Source of the DNA: Stegostoma tigrinum | Taxonomy: Eukaryota | DNA length: 64,000 nt | Assembly (NCBI RefSeq): GCF_030684315.1 | Contig: NC_081391.1 | Location: forward strand, 6,738,178-6,802,177 | Reading direction: 5' to 3' | Part shown: positions 26,291 through 39,569 of the stretch, one piece after another | Layout: every line of letters starts with the position of its first letter | How positions within the stretch are numbered: the stretch's first letter is position 1 | Made by a program: the position numbers and the translations under genes | Notes under the pieces: model-generated | Seen by the model: only the letters and a program-made list of their open reading frames with translations | The model's database searches: none | Told to the model about the DNA's origin: nothing

Positions 26291-27029
26291 TAAGATGGCA
26301 AACATGGCAGCAAAACTGTCAGGAAAATGCAACACTTGACCAATGAATGTGTTTTTTACTGATGTTACGTGAAGGATAAATGATGACCACTGCTTGTGGT
26401 TTGACTCCTCAGCCAGTGCATCTTGCAATCTGCTGTCTCAGTCAAATGCTGCCCCTTCTGTTCAATGTTTCATCCAAAAACAATACTTTCTCAGTATTAT
26501 TTTCTGCACTATTGCCCCCAGTTCTTTGACAGCTGTAAAAATGTCAATAACCATTTGAAAATTCAGCATTCACTTGCCCTTGCAGTTCATTCTATCCCCC
26601 TCAGTTGTGTCTCTCTTTTTGGTTGGGTTCCATTTCTGTTGGTTCCCCTCTATTGTTTTTGTGTGTATCTTGGGCACTCATAACACATTCTTGAGCGTGT
26701 CTTCCGTAGCTAGATTTTTTTCCCCCCGTAACAAGTTGCCAGCCCACCAACAGAGATGGTGGGTGTGGGTGAGGGGCAGTGGTCCATAGCAAACATTCCT
26801 GACTTGGGAGTCTCTCCTACTGGTGCTGCTTACCATACTGGGTCTGCTGGAGGGTTTTGCAGGATTATAATGAACCTGTTTTGCCATGGAACAGAGTTCA
26901 CAATGTGACCAGAGTCCTGGAATTGGTCTTGTACCTGAAACTTGTACCTCCTGAGGCAGCGATGCAAGTACTGGGCCGCAAGACTTCTTTCATTGCCTCT
27001 TGTTACAGCAAAGCATGTTCAAGGAGAGC

Positions 27030-27350
27030 ATCTGGGTGTTAGTGGTAAGGCCAGCACTTATTGCTCCTCCTTAATTGCTCACAAGTAATTGGGAATGAAC
27101 TGCTGTGGCAACTGAGCAACCTATGAGGCCATTTCCAAGAACAGTGAAGAGTTAACCACCTTCCCGAGACTTAAGCACGGCTGACAGATTTCCTTCTGTA
27201 AAGGATGTCAGTGACTCAAATGAGCTCTTAGAATAATCCTGTTATTACTTAGTCACTGTTACCGATGCTTACTCTTTATCCTAAGTTAATGTAATAATGT
27301 AGTGCTGAATTTTCCAGCTACTAGTCTAGTAAGATTAACAGTGCTACTGC
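27030..27350 (-). mobile_element. tRNA-SINE copy, degenerate (22406 family)
   Basis: ggccagcacttattgctcctccttaattg..cagatttccttctgtaaaggatgtcagtga. Confidence 0.55.
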
Positions 27351-28285
27351 TCTTAATAAAATCATTGTGGTTGAGGGGGACAAAAGTGTAATGGAGGCAC
27401 TTTGTACTAGTAGCATAACCTCAATATATACCGCATCTATTTCTGTGATGTCCTTGGTTCATGAAACCTGATTCACCTGTAGTATAAGGAATTTTTTTTC
27501 TACAGTAAATGTTAGTAAGGGATGTAGGTATAGTGGAAGGAAGGGGAGTTGAAGTAGAAGATTATCCATCGTCTGAGATGAGTAGTCGAATGGGTAGGGT
27601 GGTGCAGGTAGCCTAGAATGGCCAGTGTTCCTTCTCTCCCATTTCCTGTGTTCCTAAACTGAGAGCATTGGATGAGTGACACATTTGGCTATTTATTTAG
27701 GACTCTAGCCCATTGTTTTTAAGGGCACTCTGAGTTATACTGCTGATGTTGAATGTGGCCTGAGGTGATGTTTTTAACCTGTTTGTTAATCTGTTTGTCT
27801 GTAAACAATGTAATTCAAAAACATCAATGGTCAGTTTTCAAGGAAATATAGAATACATCCCGAGGAAGAAGTGAGTCATTTTTGATAGCAGTGTAGATCT
27901 GGATTTTGGTTTCTAAATGATCTGTCAGTGCTGGGAGACTTGGTGAATTGTTGCTTTTAAAGAATGGTATGGGTTGTTTCACTTGCAATGCTGACTGTGT
28001 TTGAAGTTGTGGATTGTCTTGGCTGCTGTGCTGGAAAATGTCTGTCTTCAAAATTTCAGTGTTCAGAGCACATTTGTTAGATGTGGCCTTACCTGAAGTC
28101 TGTGACGTGGGAACTCTTAAGATTTCTTCTATTTCAGCTTCGCAGTTAGAGCATCAGCCCACCAGCAAAAGGACTCGAGGAGCAGCTGAGTCATTCAGAT
28201 TATTAAAAAAAATTCTAGAAATAGTTTAGACAGCATCTGTGGATTAAGAAACAATGAATGTTTCATGTCAGTGACCTCATTGAAG

Positions 28286-28512
28286 TCCTGTGTTTGCGTG
28301 GGTTTCCTCCGGGTCCTCAGGTTTCCTCCCACAGTCCAAAGATGTGCAGGTTAGGGTGGATCGGCCATGCTAAATTGCCTGTCGTGTTCAGAGGTGTGTG
28401 GGTTATAGGGGGATGGGTCTGAGTGGGATGCTTCAAGGGGGCGGTGTGGACTTGTTGGGCCAAAGGGCTTGTTTCCACACTGGAGGGAATCTAATCTGAT
28501 CTAATCTAATCT
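28286..28512 (+). mobile_element. 5'-truncated HE1-like V-SINE with (TCTAA)n tail
   Basis: gcgtgggtttcctccgggtcctcaggtttcctcccacagtccaaagatgtgcaggttagg; aatctaatctgatctaatctaatc. Confidence 0.85.
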
Positions 28513-28738
28513 TTATCAGGACCATTAACTAAATCATAGATTGACATGGTGTTGAAAGAAGCTAATCAGCCCGTTTGTGTTTGCATTGATTCTCCAATGC
28601 ATTATGATCTTGTGCCATTTTCTAGCCTATCACCCCCGCCATACTCTTCTGCTTTATTTCTACTCAAATAATGATTCGATGCCCTCTTACATGCCGTAAT
28701 TGAACCAGCAACCTCCCCACGGCCAGATCCAAACCACC

Positions 28739-28954
28739 TGTAGTGATTATAATGAGATCAGCCAGGTGGACCTCGTAGAATGAGTTCCCGAATTGGAGCT
28801 GTTAATCTTGTTCCATCAAGGAGCCCTGGCTGACAGATATAAACAGGATTGTCAGGTTCTGTTCACTCTGAGGAAGCTGGATCACTGTCAAGGGCTCCCC
28901 ATATAAATGAAGGGTGACTTGGTGATGGTTTCCGGCCTCTCTGCGGTTATTTCA
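28739..28954 (+). mobile_element. Solo LTR (216 bp) nested in a minus-strand CR1 fragment (~28530-29380)
   Basis: TG...CA termini, TATAAA at ~28838, 5-bp TSD ccacc (28734-28738) / ccatc (28955-28959); CR1 sequence resumes on both sides. Confidence 0.7.
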
Positions 28955-29499
28955 CCATCCATTGTGAGAGAAGGGTTCTTCTCGCATCACAATTATGAAT
29001 CATTTAAATCTGTGCCCTCTGTTTTTTGTCCTTCTACAAGCAGGAACAGTTTCTCCCTATCTCCCCTGTATTGATCATTCAAGATTTCGAAAACTTATTA
29101 TCAGATCTCCTCTTTGTCACCTTCACTCAAAAGACAACAGCCCTAACCCCTCCAATCTGTCCTCATTACTGATGTTTCTCATCCCTGTATCCATTCTTGT
29201 TTGCCTCTCCTGTACTGTCTCAATATGTTCGCATCCTTCCTAAAGCTTGGTGCCCAGAACCTCACCCAATACCTCAGCTAAACTTTGAGTATCTTATATA
29301 AATTCAACGTACCCTCTTTGCTATTGTCTAGTACATCCTTTTTGATAAAGCTGAGGACACTGTATGCTTTCTTAACAATTTTGTCTCCATCTGACCTGCC
29401 ATTCTTACTGGTTTGTAGCATATTGACCCGTGTGTGTCTACTACTACTTCCTGTAGAATTGCACCTCTTATTTTATGTTGTCTACCCAGGTTCTTCTTA

Positions 29500-29665
29500 T
29501 GCGTGGACCTTCCATATATTAGACTTGATCTTTCTCTGCAACTGTAATGCCATATTCTGCATTCTGTTCTATTACCCTGATACACTTACGCAAGGTGTGA
29601 TTTGTCTGGAAAGCATGCTAATTAATAATTTCACTATCTTGATATGTCATGACAATAAATCAAAA
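29500..29665 (+). mobile_element. Probable Rex-Babar/L2-type LINE 3' UTR fragment
   Basis: tattctgcattctgtt...gatttgtctgga..catgacaataaatcaaa tail. Confidence 0.4.
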
Positions 29666-30439
29666 TGTATCACTTCACACTTCTATTGAATTTCATCCAA
29701 TGCCCATTTGCCCTCTTCAACTTCTGAACATCATCCTTTTTGATGGGTTCACTCATACTCCCATAGGTAGTAGCTTTGCGCCATTGGCTCATCAGCCCAA
29801 CGTGCACACGCAGTGTTTAAACTTGTGGCTCCTCTTCTATTAAGCAGGACTGCTGTTGCCAACTACTTGTCATTAGGGTAAAACGCGTTTCTCAGTGGTC
29901 TAAACACAGCTTGTCTTCCTGTTGGTGGTTGGCAAATTCTGCTTCGTAGCTGATGTTGAAGAAACAAAAGTGATGTTGAATGAATGCTTGGCCACCACAA
30001 ACCAGTTGTCCCTGCAATAATCTTCCTGACACCTGGGAAATACTTGTGTTATACTTTTGATGAACCATTATTAGCCTGAAATGCTGAAAGTTTCTCTCTC
30101 CACAGATGCTGCCTGACCTAATGAATATTTCGAACATTTGTTTGTTTTTAGTGCGGATTCTAGAAATCTGCGGTATCATTTTATGTCTGGTTAACACGGC
30201 ATGGTGGAAACTTGTACTTTCTAAAGCACTCTCTTCACTTATTGGCCTTTGTACTTAGCAAGATGTGTGGGCAACTGTACTTCAATATTGTACATTAGTT
30301 ACTAGTGATGATCCAGTCCGTGGTTAGGTATAGTGTGGATCTGCTTTGATGCTCTGTGTTTTTGAATAGGCCTTTCAGAAACATTGTGCTTCACTGTGAT
30401 ACAGTTTACCCTTACACATATTGGCAATGATGAAGGGAA

Positions 30440-30806
30440 ACTTTGATTTACATAAGTACCTTTCACAAAAACTCAAAAGGCCCTTGCAGCCCATTAAATG
30501 CTTTTCTTGAAGTGAACCAACAGTAAGCACCCACAAAGAAGCAAAGTGCAATGACCAGATTTAGCATGGTTTCTCATTGTTTATAGCGGGATAAATATTG
30601 GCTCCTGTTTGAAATGGTGCCATTGAGCAGACAGGTGGGCCTCTGTTTAATGTGTCAACTGAAAGAGGGAACATACAACAGTGCAGCACTTCATCAGAAC
30701 TACATTCATGTGTCAGCCTTAGTTTTTCTGCTTGAACCCAGGGATGGGACTTGAAGCTGTAAGTTTTGTGAATCAGGGGTGACTGTGCTACCCATTGAGC
30801 CACAAC
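30440..30806 (-). mobile_element. Deu-domain SINE (SacSINE1-like)
   Basis: gggataaatattggc..gtttaatgtgtcaactgaaaga..acagtgcagcact..gggacttgaa..gtgctacccattgagccac. Confidence 0.7.
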
Positions 30807-30923
30807 TGGTACTGTTCTGTGCTGGCTTTGACTGGTATATGGTCCAGGCCCTCCTGTCTGGGTGGGGAAGCCAACTGAATTTTGTTTTGTTCTTATTTCT
30901 TCCTTTTTGTGTTTCCCATTAAG

Positions 30924-31043
30924 AGCACTCGGCTCCACCTGGTGCTCCTGAGATGGGAAGCCAGGCGAGCGAGGTGCGGACTTCTCCACAACTTCGTCAA
31001 TGCCACTCTACCTTCAGTCAACAGGAGGAGCGCCTGCTAAAGG
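30924..31043 (+). CDS. Candidate 120-nt phase 1-1 alternative (cassette) exon of MRTFA
   Basis: ~40-nt polypyrimidine tract ending ...cccattaAG (30922-30923) and donor AAGG|GTGAGA. Open in frame with the upstream exon: (E)HSAPPGAPEMGSQASEVRTSPQLRQCHSTFSQQEERLLK. Richer in GC and CpG than its flanks. No homology confirmed. Confidence 0.5.
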
Positions 31044-31699
31044 GTGAGATGTATTCTGAGATATGTACCTCTTATCTGTGGGTATGTTTGTAAGGGACTG
31101 AGGGGGAATAGTGGTCCGGGGCAGATAGTAACTAAAGCCACTATGTGGCCAAACAAGATGCTGTGATCCCAGGCCACATGGAGACATTTCCTGAGAGAAA
31201 TGGTTTAGAATATTATTTTAATACAGAACAGTAAATTTGAGTATATTCTAGAGTCCTATTTATGTGATTATTTTCCTTAGCCATGTGACTTTGTTGATTT
31301 GACGTGCGTTCTAGCAATGGTCATGGTTCATATCTAATCTGTTCCTGCAGTCCTTCCTTTAACTTCCTTTTTCAATTTCGCACTGGTAATAACTTGGAAT
31401 CCCTCATTACTGATTAGCATTGGATCATTGGCTTCTGTGTTGGTAAATTATCCATGCTTTTATGTTTCCCCTCTGTTACCCTAAAAATTTTGGAAATGAT
31501 GAATTTTTTTAAGCAGTCAAAAATGGTGAATGCACCAGGTTACAATGGGGATTCTTTGTTAGCTGTTCAACATCAGTTTCTTTCTTTAAGGATTTCAGCC
31601 ATTCGATGGTGTACCAATCTACCATAGAAATGGTCTATGAGCTGCTGGTGAGCTATGGTTCGCATTGTTTTGGCTTTACACTAATTGTATTAGAAAAGA

Positions 31700-32050
31700 G
31701 TTTTTTTCTAATTCATTTATGGGATGTGAGGGTCTTGCTGGCCAGGCAGCATTTATTGCCCGTCCGTAATTGCTCAGGGGGCAGTTCAGTCAACAGCATT
31801 GCTGTGGGGTTGGAGTCACATGTAGGCTGTAACAGGTGACGATGGCAGTTTTCTTCCCTAAAGGGCAATAGTGAACCAGGTGGGTTTTTACCCATCAATG
31901 GATTTATGGTCATTATTAGATTCTTAATTCCAGATATTTTGAATTCAAATTCCAACATCTGTGGAGCGATTCGATCCTGGGTCCCCTGGACATTATCTGG
32001 GTCTCTGGATTAACAGTGCAGCAATAATTCTACCTGGCCGTTGCCTCCCT
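31700..32050 (-). mobile_element. Near full-length tRNA-derived SINE (22406 family)
   Basis: Reverse complement aligns by eye to 22406-22736 along its length. Confidence 0.8.
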
Positions 32051-32499
32051 ATACATCAGAGTATGTTCTATAATATGGAGATGCCCAACACCTCTGGAGC
32101 AGGTGGGACTTGAACCTCATCCGTTATTACTGCACAACAAGAGCTCCCATTGCTTTTTGGTCCAGTTTTCATCAGGCAATGAGAACACAAATTGGGTTTC
32201 AATCTATCCACCTCTGTGTTATGGCTTCATGTTCTTGCTGCACCGTTCTTCCAAAGTCAGATAGGATGACACGTCAGCAGGAAAGATTTAAACCATCTCC
32301 CACTATTGAGGAAAAAAAGGTTGTAAAGCATTCGCTCATAACATTTTCTATTAGCAAAAACATTTTTTTATCAGCAACTGACGCATGACGATTGAAGAAA
32401 ATTATGTACAATGATTATTCAGAGCCCAGTTGTTTATAATTTACCGAGCAGAAGTTTGCTTGTCCGCAGCTTGATTCCTAACTTGTCATGTGACTAATG

Positions 32500-34060
32500 A
32501 CTGTGTTGTATTTGCAAGAACTACGAAACCGCAAACACATGGCATTCTAAGCAGGAAGCTCCACCGAAATACCAAGGAAAGTTAAAGATTTACAGACAAA
32601 TAAAGGCAGGATCCAACAAAAACAAACTTTGTGTGATCTAGACAACAGATGGCAGGTGGAAAGAGCCCAGGAAATCCAACAACACTGACGGCCCTGATTT
32701 CAGTGCCACATCCAAGGACCTTCCATACAGATGAGAATGGGATCACTCATCAAGGTCAGAGGGGAAATGAATGTTATTTGGAAGGTGCACTTTGAGGATC
32801 ACCTGAACCAAGACTCAGTCCTCAACTTGGATGCCCTTGATAACAGTCCACAGGATCATACCTGCCATCACAGTTTCAGCCTGGCATGAGGGTGAAACCT
32901 GCTGACAAAGATGGATTGAGGTCTAAGAGGACTCTTGGCACAATGTATAACTGTACCTCTTTCATCTGTAAAGAGGAGGTCCATCTGATCTGAGACATGA
33001 ATAATTGTAACCATCCTCTGAAAAGGAGCTTGACTGAGCCTGGTAATGACAGAATGGTGCTGTCATCACGGGGAAGGTCTTTGTTGGACCCCCCCGCCCC
33101 AATCACTTCCCCTCAATGGCTTAAAAAAAGGCCCTACTGTAATCACGGTGTTGATTCCATCCGTCCAGGGGCACAGTGAACGTGATGACCTCAGCAAGAC
33201 AGTTCCAAGAACACTAGTGTATAGCAGCAAATTTTACAGCCAGCATTTGTTGTGCCCACTAAGGCCAAACTTGAAACCATTGATGCATTTTCAGTGGTAA
33301 ATGAGAGAACAGGCCTTGGTTAACCACTCAGAAGATGTAGTTTCACTTCTAGCCTGCTCCCTCATTGTGATGTCTCCTGTTGTCAGGGCCCAGTGGTGAG
33401 TTGGCGGATAAGGTAAACCCATTGATGTATGTCAAGAGCCACCTGTCAGCAAGGGAAGATATTGATGAAATTCGGCATGACCTATCTGAGGAACAGTGTG
33501 TTTGATGACCAAGCTTATGACCCACAGACCAATGGTGTTATCTGCCCATTTGTATGCAGCAGAGAGTAGACATCTCAAATTCCAAGAGAAATGTCATTTG
33601 CGATTCTTCTGCAAAATCCTGCAACTCAACTGTCGGTATAGCCACAGCAACATTAACGTTCTCTTTCAGGCTACATCTCCAGCATCAGGCACTGATCGTG
33701 GTCATTTAGCTGCATTAGGCAGGTCACATTGTCCACAGGGCTGATTTGTAAAACAGGGTGTCTACTCACGTCTCCATCACGGCAAGCGGTTACCAGGCAG
33801 GCAGAGAAAATCCTTCAAAGTCGCCCTGAGAAAATGCCACATTCCCATGAAATTATGGGAATCTCTTGCCCAAGACCAGCCAAACTGGAAAGTGAGAAAC
33901 TGGAGACCAAGAGCAAACAGTGAAAGGAGCATGTGGAACCCACCCACCTTTTCAAACATCACCTGTAAAAACATGTGCGCATCATAAAGAAATAGTCACC
34001 TCTGGTCCCATGGCATTAGAGTTGAAGAATGTCATCCTCTGTGTTGAGGGACTGCCGAGG
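32500..34060 (+). mobile_element. Degenerate RTE-clade LINE fragments (~32500-32880 and ~33390-34060)
   Basis: RWQVERAQEIQQ, WKVHFEDHLN and VLSAHLYAAE..RHLK..KILQL..NINVL motifs typical of RTE ORF. Confidence 0.65.
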
Positions 34061-35019
34061 GAATGAGAATATATTGAGCAGCACATGCCTAATGATCTAC
34101 CTGTGTGCTTCCAATCATCCTGTAGTTCTTTGAATTCCCCGAATGATGAGAAATTAAGGAACTTGCCAAGAAGACTTTGGAATTGGTTTTGAAAATGTGA
34201 ACATGATGATTGGAGAAAATATCAGTAACATAGGATGGACGTTCTGTCTTATAGGCATGTGCATCGTAGACTGCAGTTTCGTGATGGCAAAGCTGGGCTA
34301 TTGGAGGTATAAAAAATAGAACAGAGTAAAACCTCAAATTTTAAACGCATATTATATATCAATAGATGCGAATCTCAGCAATAATGACAATACTGGCTAA
34401 ATGAGATTCCCTTGGGGAGCCATGTTTGCACACTTGTTTAGAATGAACTGGGGTTTGGGTATTTGAGGGTATACACACCGATGACTTCAGCATCTTGGAC
34501 AATCACCCAGAGAGGACTTGTCATATTTCAGGCTGATGTGTAAAATGTTTGGGAGAAATTGAACAGGACAGGTGCAATCTTGCTAGCTTGTGCATGCTGA
34601 GGAAGCTTGCCAGAAACTGCCTAGAGTTCTGCAGAACTGGAAGTTAATTACCTATCTGTACCTTGTCGAGGAATTAGTGCATCCGGGATCCACGTTGCAG
34701 GAAGGCTTTCTGAGTTCAAGGACCAGACAGGAGAATGCCTGAAGCCATGATGCTCCTTTGGAGGTGCAATGGGCTGAATTAGCCGCTTTCTATGCCATTA
34801 AACCTCTGTGACATTTGTGACTCAATGCCATTTACCTACAGTATACCTTGATATCTTTCATATTTAGAAATCTGTGATGAACATAATCAATTGAGCTCCA
34901 CAACTGTCTGAGGTGGAGAATTCCAAAGACTCAGTGCCCTCCTGAGTGAAGAATGTCCTCATCTCAGTCTTAAATTGGTTTTTCCTCGTTCTGAGACTGC
35001 CTCCTGTTTCTAGACCCAC

Positions 35020-36835
35020 TTGGAGTCATACAGCTTGCAAACAGACCCTCTGGTCCAAACAGTCCATGCCAACCATAATCCTAAACTGAATAGTCACACC
35101 TGCCTGCTCCGCCCTTATCCCTCCAAACCTTTCCTATTCATCCACGTATCCAGATGTCTTCAAAATGCTGTGTTTGATCCTGCATCCACCACTCGCTCTG
35201 GAATTTCATTCCACATATGAGACACACTCTGTACAAAAAAACATTGCCCTGCGTATCAGCTTTTAAATTTCTCTCTCCTTTCACCTTTTAAAATGAGCCC
35301 CTTAGTCTTGCAAATCCCCCATCCTAGGGAAAAAGACAACTACTATCAACTCTCTATGCTCCTCATTATTTAAACTTACATAAGGTTACCTGTCAATTTG
35401 CAGTGGTCCAATGGAAAGAACTCCCAGCCTAACCAGCCTTTACTTATAACTCAAACCTTCCATACCTGGTAAATCCTGTAACACACTTCTGAACCCTGAA
35501 CAGCTTAATAGTGTCCTTTCTATAGCAGGGTGACCAGAACTGGACACAGTAATCTTAGAAAATCTTCACTGTCTACTACACCACCAATTTTGGTGTCATC
35601 TGCAAGCTTACTGACCATGCCATCTATATTCATATCCAGATCATTTACATACATGACAAGTAAAGAGGACCCAGAATGTATCCCTGTGAAACACTGCTGG
35701 TGACAAGCCTCCAGTCCGAATACCAACCCTTCACCACTACTGTTGTCTCCTGCTCTTAAGCCAATTATGTATCCAGTTGGCAAGCTCACCCTGAATCCCA
35801 TGTGATCTAACATTACTAATGATTCTACCGCATGAAATCTCCTTGAAAGCTTTACTAAAGTCCAAGTAAACTACAACTATTGCTCTGTCCTCATCAATCT
35901 TTTTGGTAACTTCCTCTGAAAAGCTCAACCAAATTTTTGAGACATGATTTCCCTTGCACAAAGCCATACTGACTATCCCTAATCAATTTTTTGCCTCTAA
36001 ATGTCCGTAAATCCTAACTTTTAAAATCACCTCCAACAATTTTACCCACAGCTGAAGCTGGACTCTCGCTTCTGTATTTCCACAGTTTCTCCTTGCAGAC
36101 TTTCTTAAACAAAAGTACAACATTAGCCACCATCCAGCCATCGGACACCTCGCCCGTGATTATAGGCGATGCAAGTATTTCTGCAAGGAGTCTCTCCGTT
36201 TCCTCCCCTACTTCCCACAATGTGCTGGGATAGATTAGATCAGCTCACCTTTATATGTTTTTAAAACATTAAAATTTATTTCTGTTCTCTTGCCTTAATT
36301 TCTTTCTCCGTGTAAAAACTGGTACAAAATATTAATTTACTACCGCACTCATCTCTTGGTGCTCAACATAAAGGCAACCTCCTTGATCTTGGAGGGGCCT
36401 TATTGTCTATCTCATTGCTGTTTTGCTCTCAGAGTACTTTTAGAATTTCTTTGGATTATCCTTAACCTTATCTGGCAATGCTATCTCATTATCCCCTCTT
36501 GAGCTTCCTGATTTCTTAAGAATGCCCCTACCCTCTTGATATTGATTTGAGATTCAATTGAACCAAGTTGTCCATGTCTAAAATAAGAATCTATTTCATT
36601 TTTGATTAGAGCCTCAATATTCATGCATTTTTCCTTAATCTTACCCTTCATTCTAACAGGAATATGATGCCTCTGAATTCTCATCATCACACCCTCAAAA
36701 GCCTCCTGCTTGTCCGGCATCCTTTTACTTGTGAGCAGTCGCCTCCAGTCAATTTTTGAAAGTTCTTGTCATACTGTTAACATTTGTCCTACTCCAATTA
36801 AAATCTTTAACTTTTATGGAAGGCTTATCCTTTTC
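35020..36835 (-). mobile_element. CR1 LINE fragment with internal deletions, same family as 17108-19085
   Basis: YVNDLD..SKLADDTKIGG, VVYLDFSKAF and ANVVLLFKK motifs. Confidence 0.92.
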
Positions 36836-38042
36836 CATAACAACTTCGAACATCTTGCCACCACATCTAGCCTGTCTAACCCTTTAAGAAATCTATAAGT
36901 TTCAGTGACATCTTCATCCCTTATAAATGCTGAAGGACGCAGGCGCAGTCTCCTCACCCTACTCAGAGCAGTCCTGCCATCCCAGAAATTAAGGAGCGTG
37001 TTCAGCCTCTCACATTCCTGTTGTCTCTTGAAACAGGAACTGAAATGACCCCACTTCCCTGTTGTCACAAATGCAGGCCCTTGTTGGGAGGTATGGTACA
37101 TCACGACCCTAGGAGAAATGCAATTTAAATTGAGATTTACATTTGTTATGGCTGTTTAACTGTGTATTCGCTGGGGAGCACAGCTGAATAAATAAACGAG
37201 TTTCAAGGAATTTTGTTCTGTCAGTTTAGTCATGATTGAGAAATAGGTTGGTGCTTGAAGACTAATCTTCAACTGGAGCAGAGTCCAAAGCTCAGTTCGT
37301 TAACTTTGCTATCTTATCAGAATTGATTTGACTGTCTGGTTTTACTCAAAAGCGCTGTTAATGGACAATGGTCCTGTAAAAAAGAAATATCCATCTGGAA
37401 TAGTTAGTATTTGGTGTATCACAAAACTTTGGTTGATATTACACTCTTTTCAGATTCCTGTTTGCAGTTTCTAGTGTGGATCATCTGATTTCATTTTAGT
37501 TGACAGAAGAGAATTGTACTGTGTACTGTCCTGTGTGCATTCGATCTTGGGTTTACCTTTTACCCTTATCAGGAACGCCCTTTTATACAGTTTTTTTAAA
37601 AAGAAGTTTGCACTCATTTCAGAGATAAAGACAAACCTAAGTAACTGCTGGTAATCCAACAGGCAAGATATCCTAGAAATAAACTGCTGGTAAGTTTAGA
37701 TTGACAGACTAGCCAGGTCTTGGTAAGGAGCTCTCAGCAGAGCTACTCGACTCATTGAGCGCTCTGACTACTTTCTTGATATTGTCTGAGCATCTAAATT
37801 GCTACCATTGTCTGTATTGCAGTCTCTTGAAGAATGTACTTCCCTGGATTGTAGATTTGTTGTGTTTATCTTCCCTGATTGCCCAGCTCCAAAAGCACTA
37901 TGCTTCTATAGCTTCAAGCTGCCGCTGCAGTCATTGGTGAGATATGGAGCTTGAGCAATGTTTCTGAGAATTCCTGACACACAATGTTGTGCTTCACCCA
38001 TCCATAAAAATCTTAAAAGTATTCCTTTTGTGACACCCAATT

Positions 38043-38362
38043 ATAGAATCCCTACAGTGTGGAAGCAGGCCATTCGGCCTACTTGAGCCGCACCAAACCT
38101 CTGAAGAATATAACGAAGTGTAGAGCTGGATGAACACAGCAGGCCAAGCAGCATCTTAGGAGCACAAAAGCTGACGTTTCGGGCCTACACCCTTCTGAAG
38201 ATTCTCAGATTCTCCAGCATCTGCAGTTCTTGTTATCTCTAAGTATATTCTGCCCATTACCCTAGACCTGTAGCCCTGCATTTCCCATGGCTAATCCACA
38301 TTTGCGCATCCTTGGAGACTGGGTAATTTAGCATTGCCAATCCACCTTTGGCACATCTTTGG
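38043..38362 (-). mobile_element. HE1-like SINE 3' part with nested mini Penelope-like element (~38110-38240)
   Basis: atagaatccctacagtgtggaagcaggccattcggcc tail; aatttagcattgccaatccacc..cacatctttgga; family A terminus inside. Confidence 0.8.
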
Positions 38363-38603
38363 AATCAGTTCTTAAATAATTTCATGGTTTTTATCTGCAT
38401 GAACCTATCCAGGTTGTTTCTTTGTGTGAAGAACCTCTTTAGAATCAGTTCTAGTTTGCTTGACCCTGCCTCCTGCTTTCTCTGTACTTGGTGGAGGAGA
38501 TGGACGGTTTTGTAAGGTACATGGTCAGTTTCATTTGTGGCTTCACCTGCTACGTACTTACAAATTGACCTGCAGATAGAAACAGTAAGGGAGTGGCTTG
38601 TCT

Positions 38604-39143
38604 CTAAAACAAATTGTGGAGAAACTCCGGACTGGCAGCATCTGTGGAGAAGGAAAACAGAGTTAGCTTTCTGGGTTCAGTGACCCTTTAGACCTGATTG
38701 TAGCTTGGAAAAGGTTGGTATATTTGCTGGAGATGGGTTTGAGGAGGGGGAAATGAGTAAAGGATAGATAAAGGTTAAGCCCAGAGAGAACAGCGATTGG
38801 GCAGACAGAAGGGTGGGTAATGGTCAGTCTGGAGAATGAATAGTTGCTATTGGGGACATTTAGAGCTGACAGTGGATTGATTATGGTAACCACCCATGTG
38901 ATAACAAGGCCTGGTGTTTGGGGAATTGGGGTAAGGACATGGAAGAAGTTGCTCAGGCCCTAAAATTATTGAACTTGATATTGAGTCCTGAAGGCTGTAA
39001 GGTCACCAAGCAGAAAATGAAATGCTGTTCTTCTAGTTTATGCTGACCCTCACTGGAGCAGTGCCGCAAACCCAAGACAGACCCAAAATATTAACTTTCT
39101 CTCCACATTTCCAGCATTATCAATTCTTGGTATTTTTTTGTTT
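38604..39143 (-). mobile_element. Penelope-like 3' fragment with 12-bp TSD
   Basis: Terminus ggcagcatctgtggagaagg..cagtgaccctt; endonuclease C-terminal remnant at ~38965-39070. TSD agtggcttgtct (38592-38603) / agtggctagtct (39144-39155). Confidence 0.75.
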
Positions 39144-39569
39144 AGTGGCTAGTCTGTGGTGGTAATGGATATTTTTTGATTTATGTGGACATTTTGGGTA
39201 CTTTCCTCTTGAATGTGAATGAGGAAGGTTCTTGCATTTAGAAGGCGGGCCTTTTTGTTGAAGGGTGACATCAAACTTTGAAACTGCATTCAAAAATGGT
39301 AAATGTTCTTAAAGATTCTTACATTTAATTCATTCCTCCCCTCATTGTTTCTAGCCTGTGTACCCTGGTGTGTCAGAGGGTGGGTCAGTTGTTGTCCAGG
39401 ATGTATGCATTAACCAGTGTTTTTGTATTTCAGCAAAGATATGTTGAGTATGACTCACTGTATAAATGCAGTGCTGTACTACAGTAATGCACCATCTAGT
39501 GGCTCTGTAAAGAAGTGTCCTGGCTTGGTATTTACTGACTCATGGCTTCCATTGCAAGCAACGGCATTG

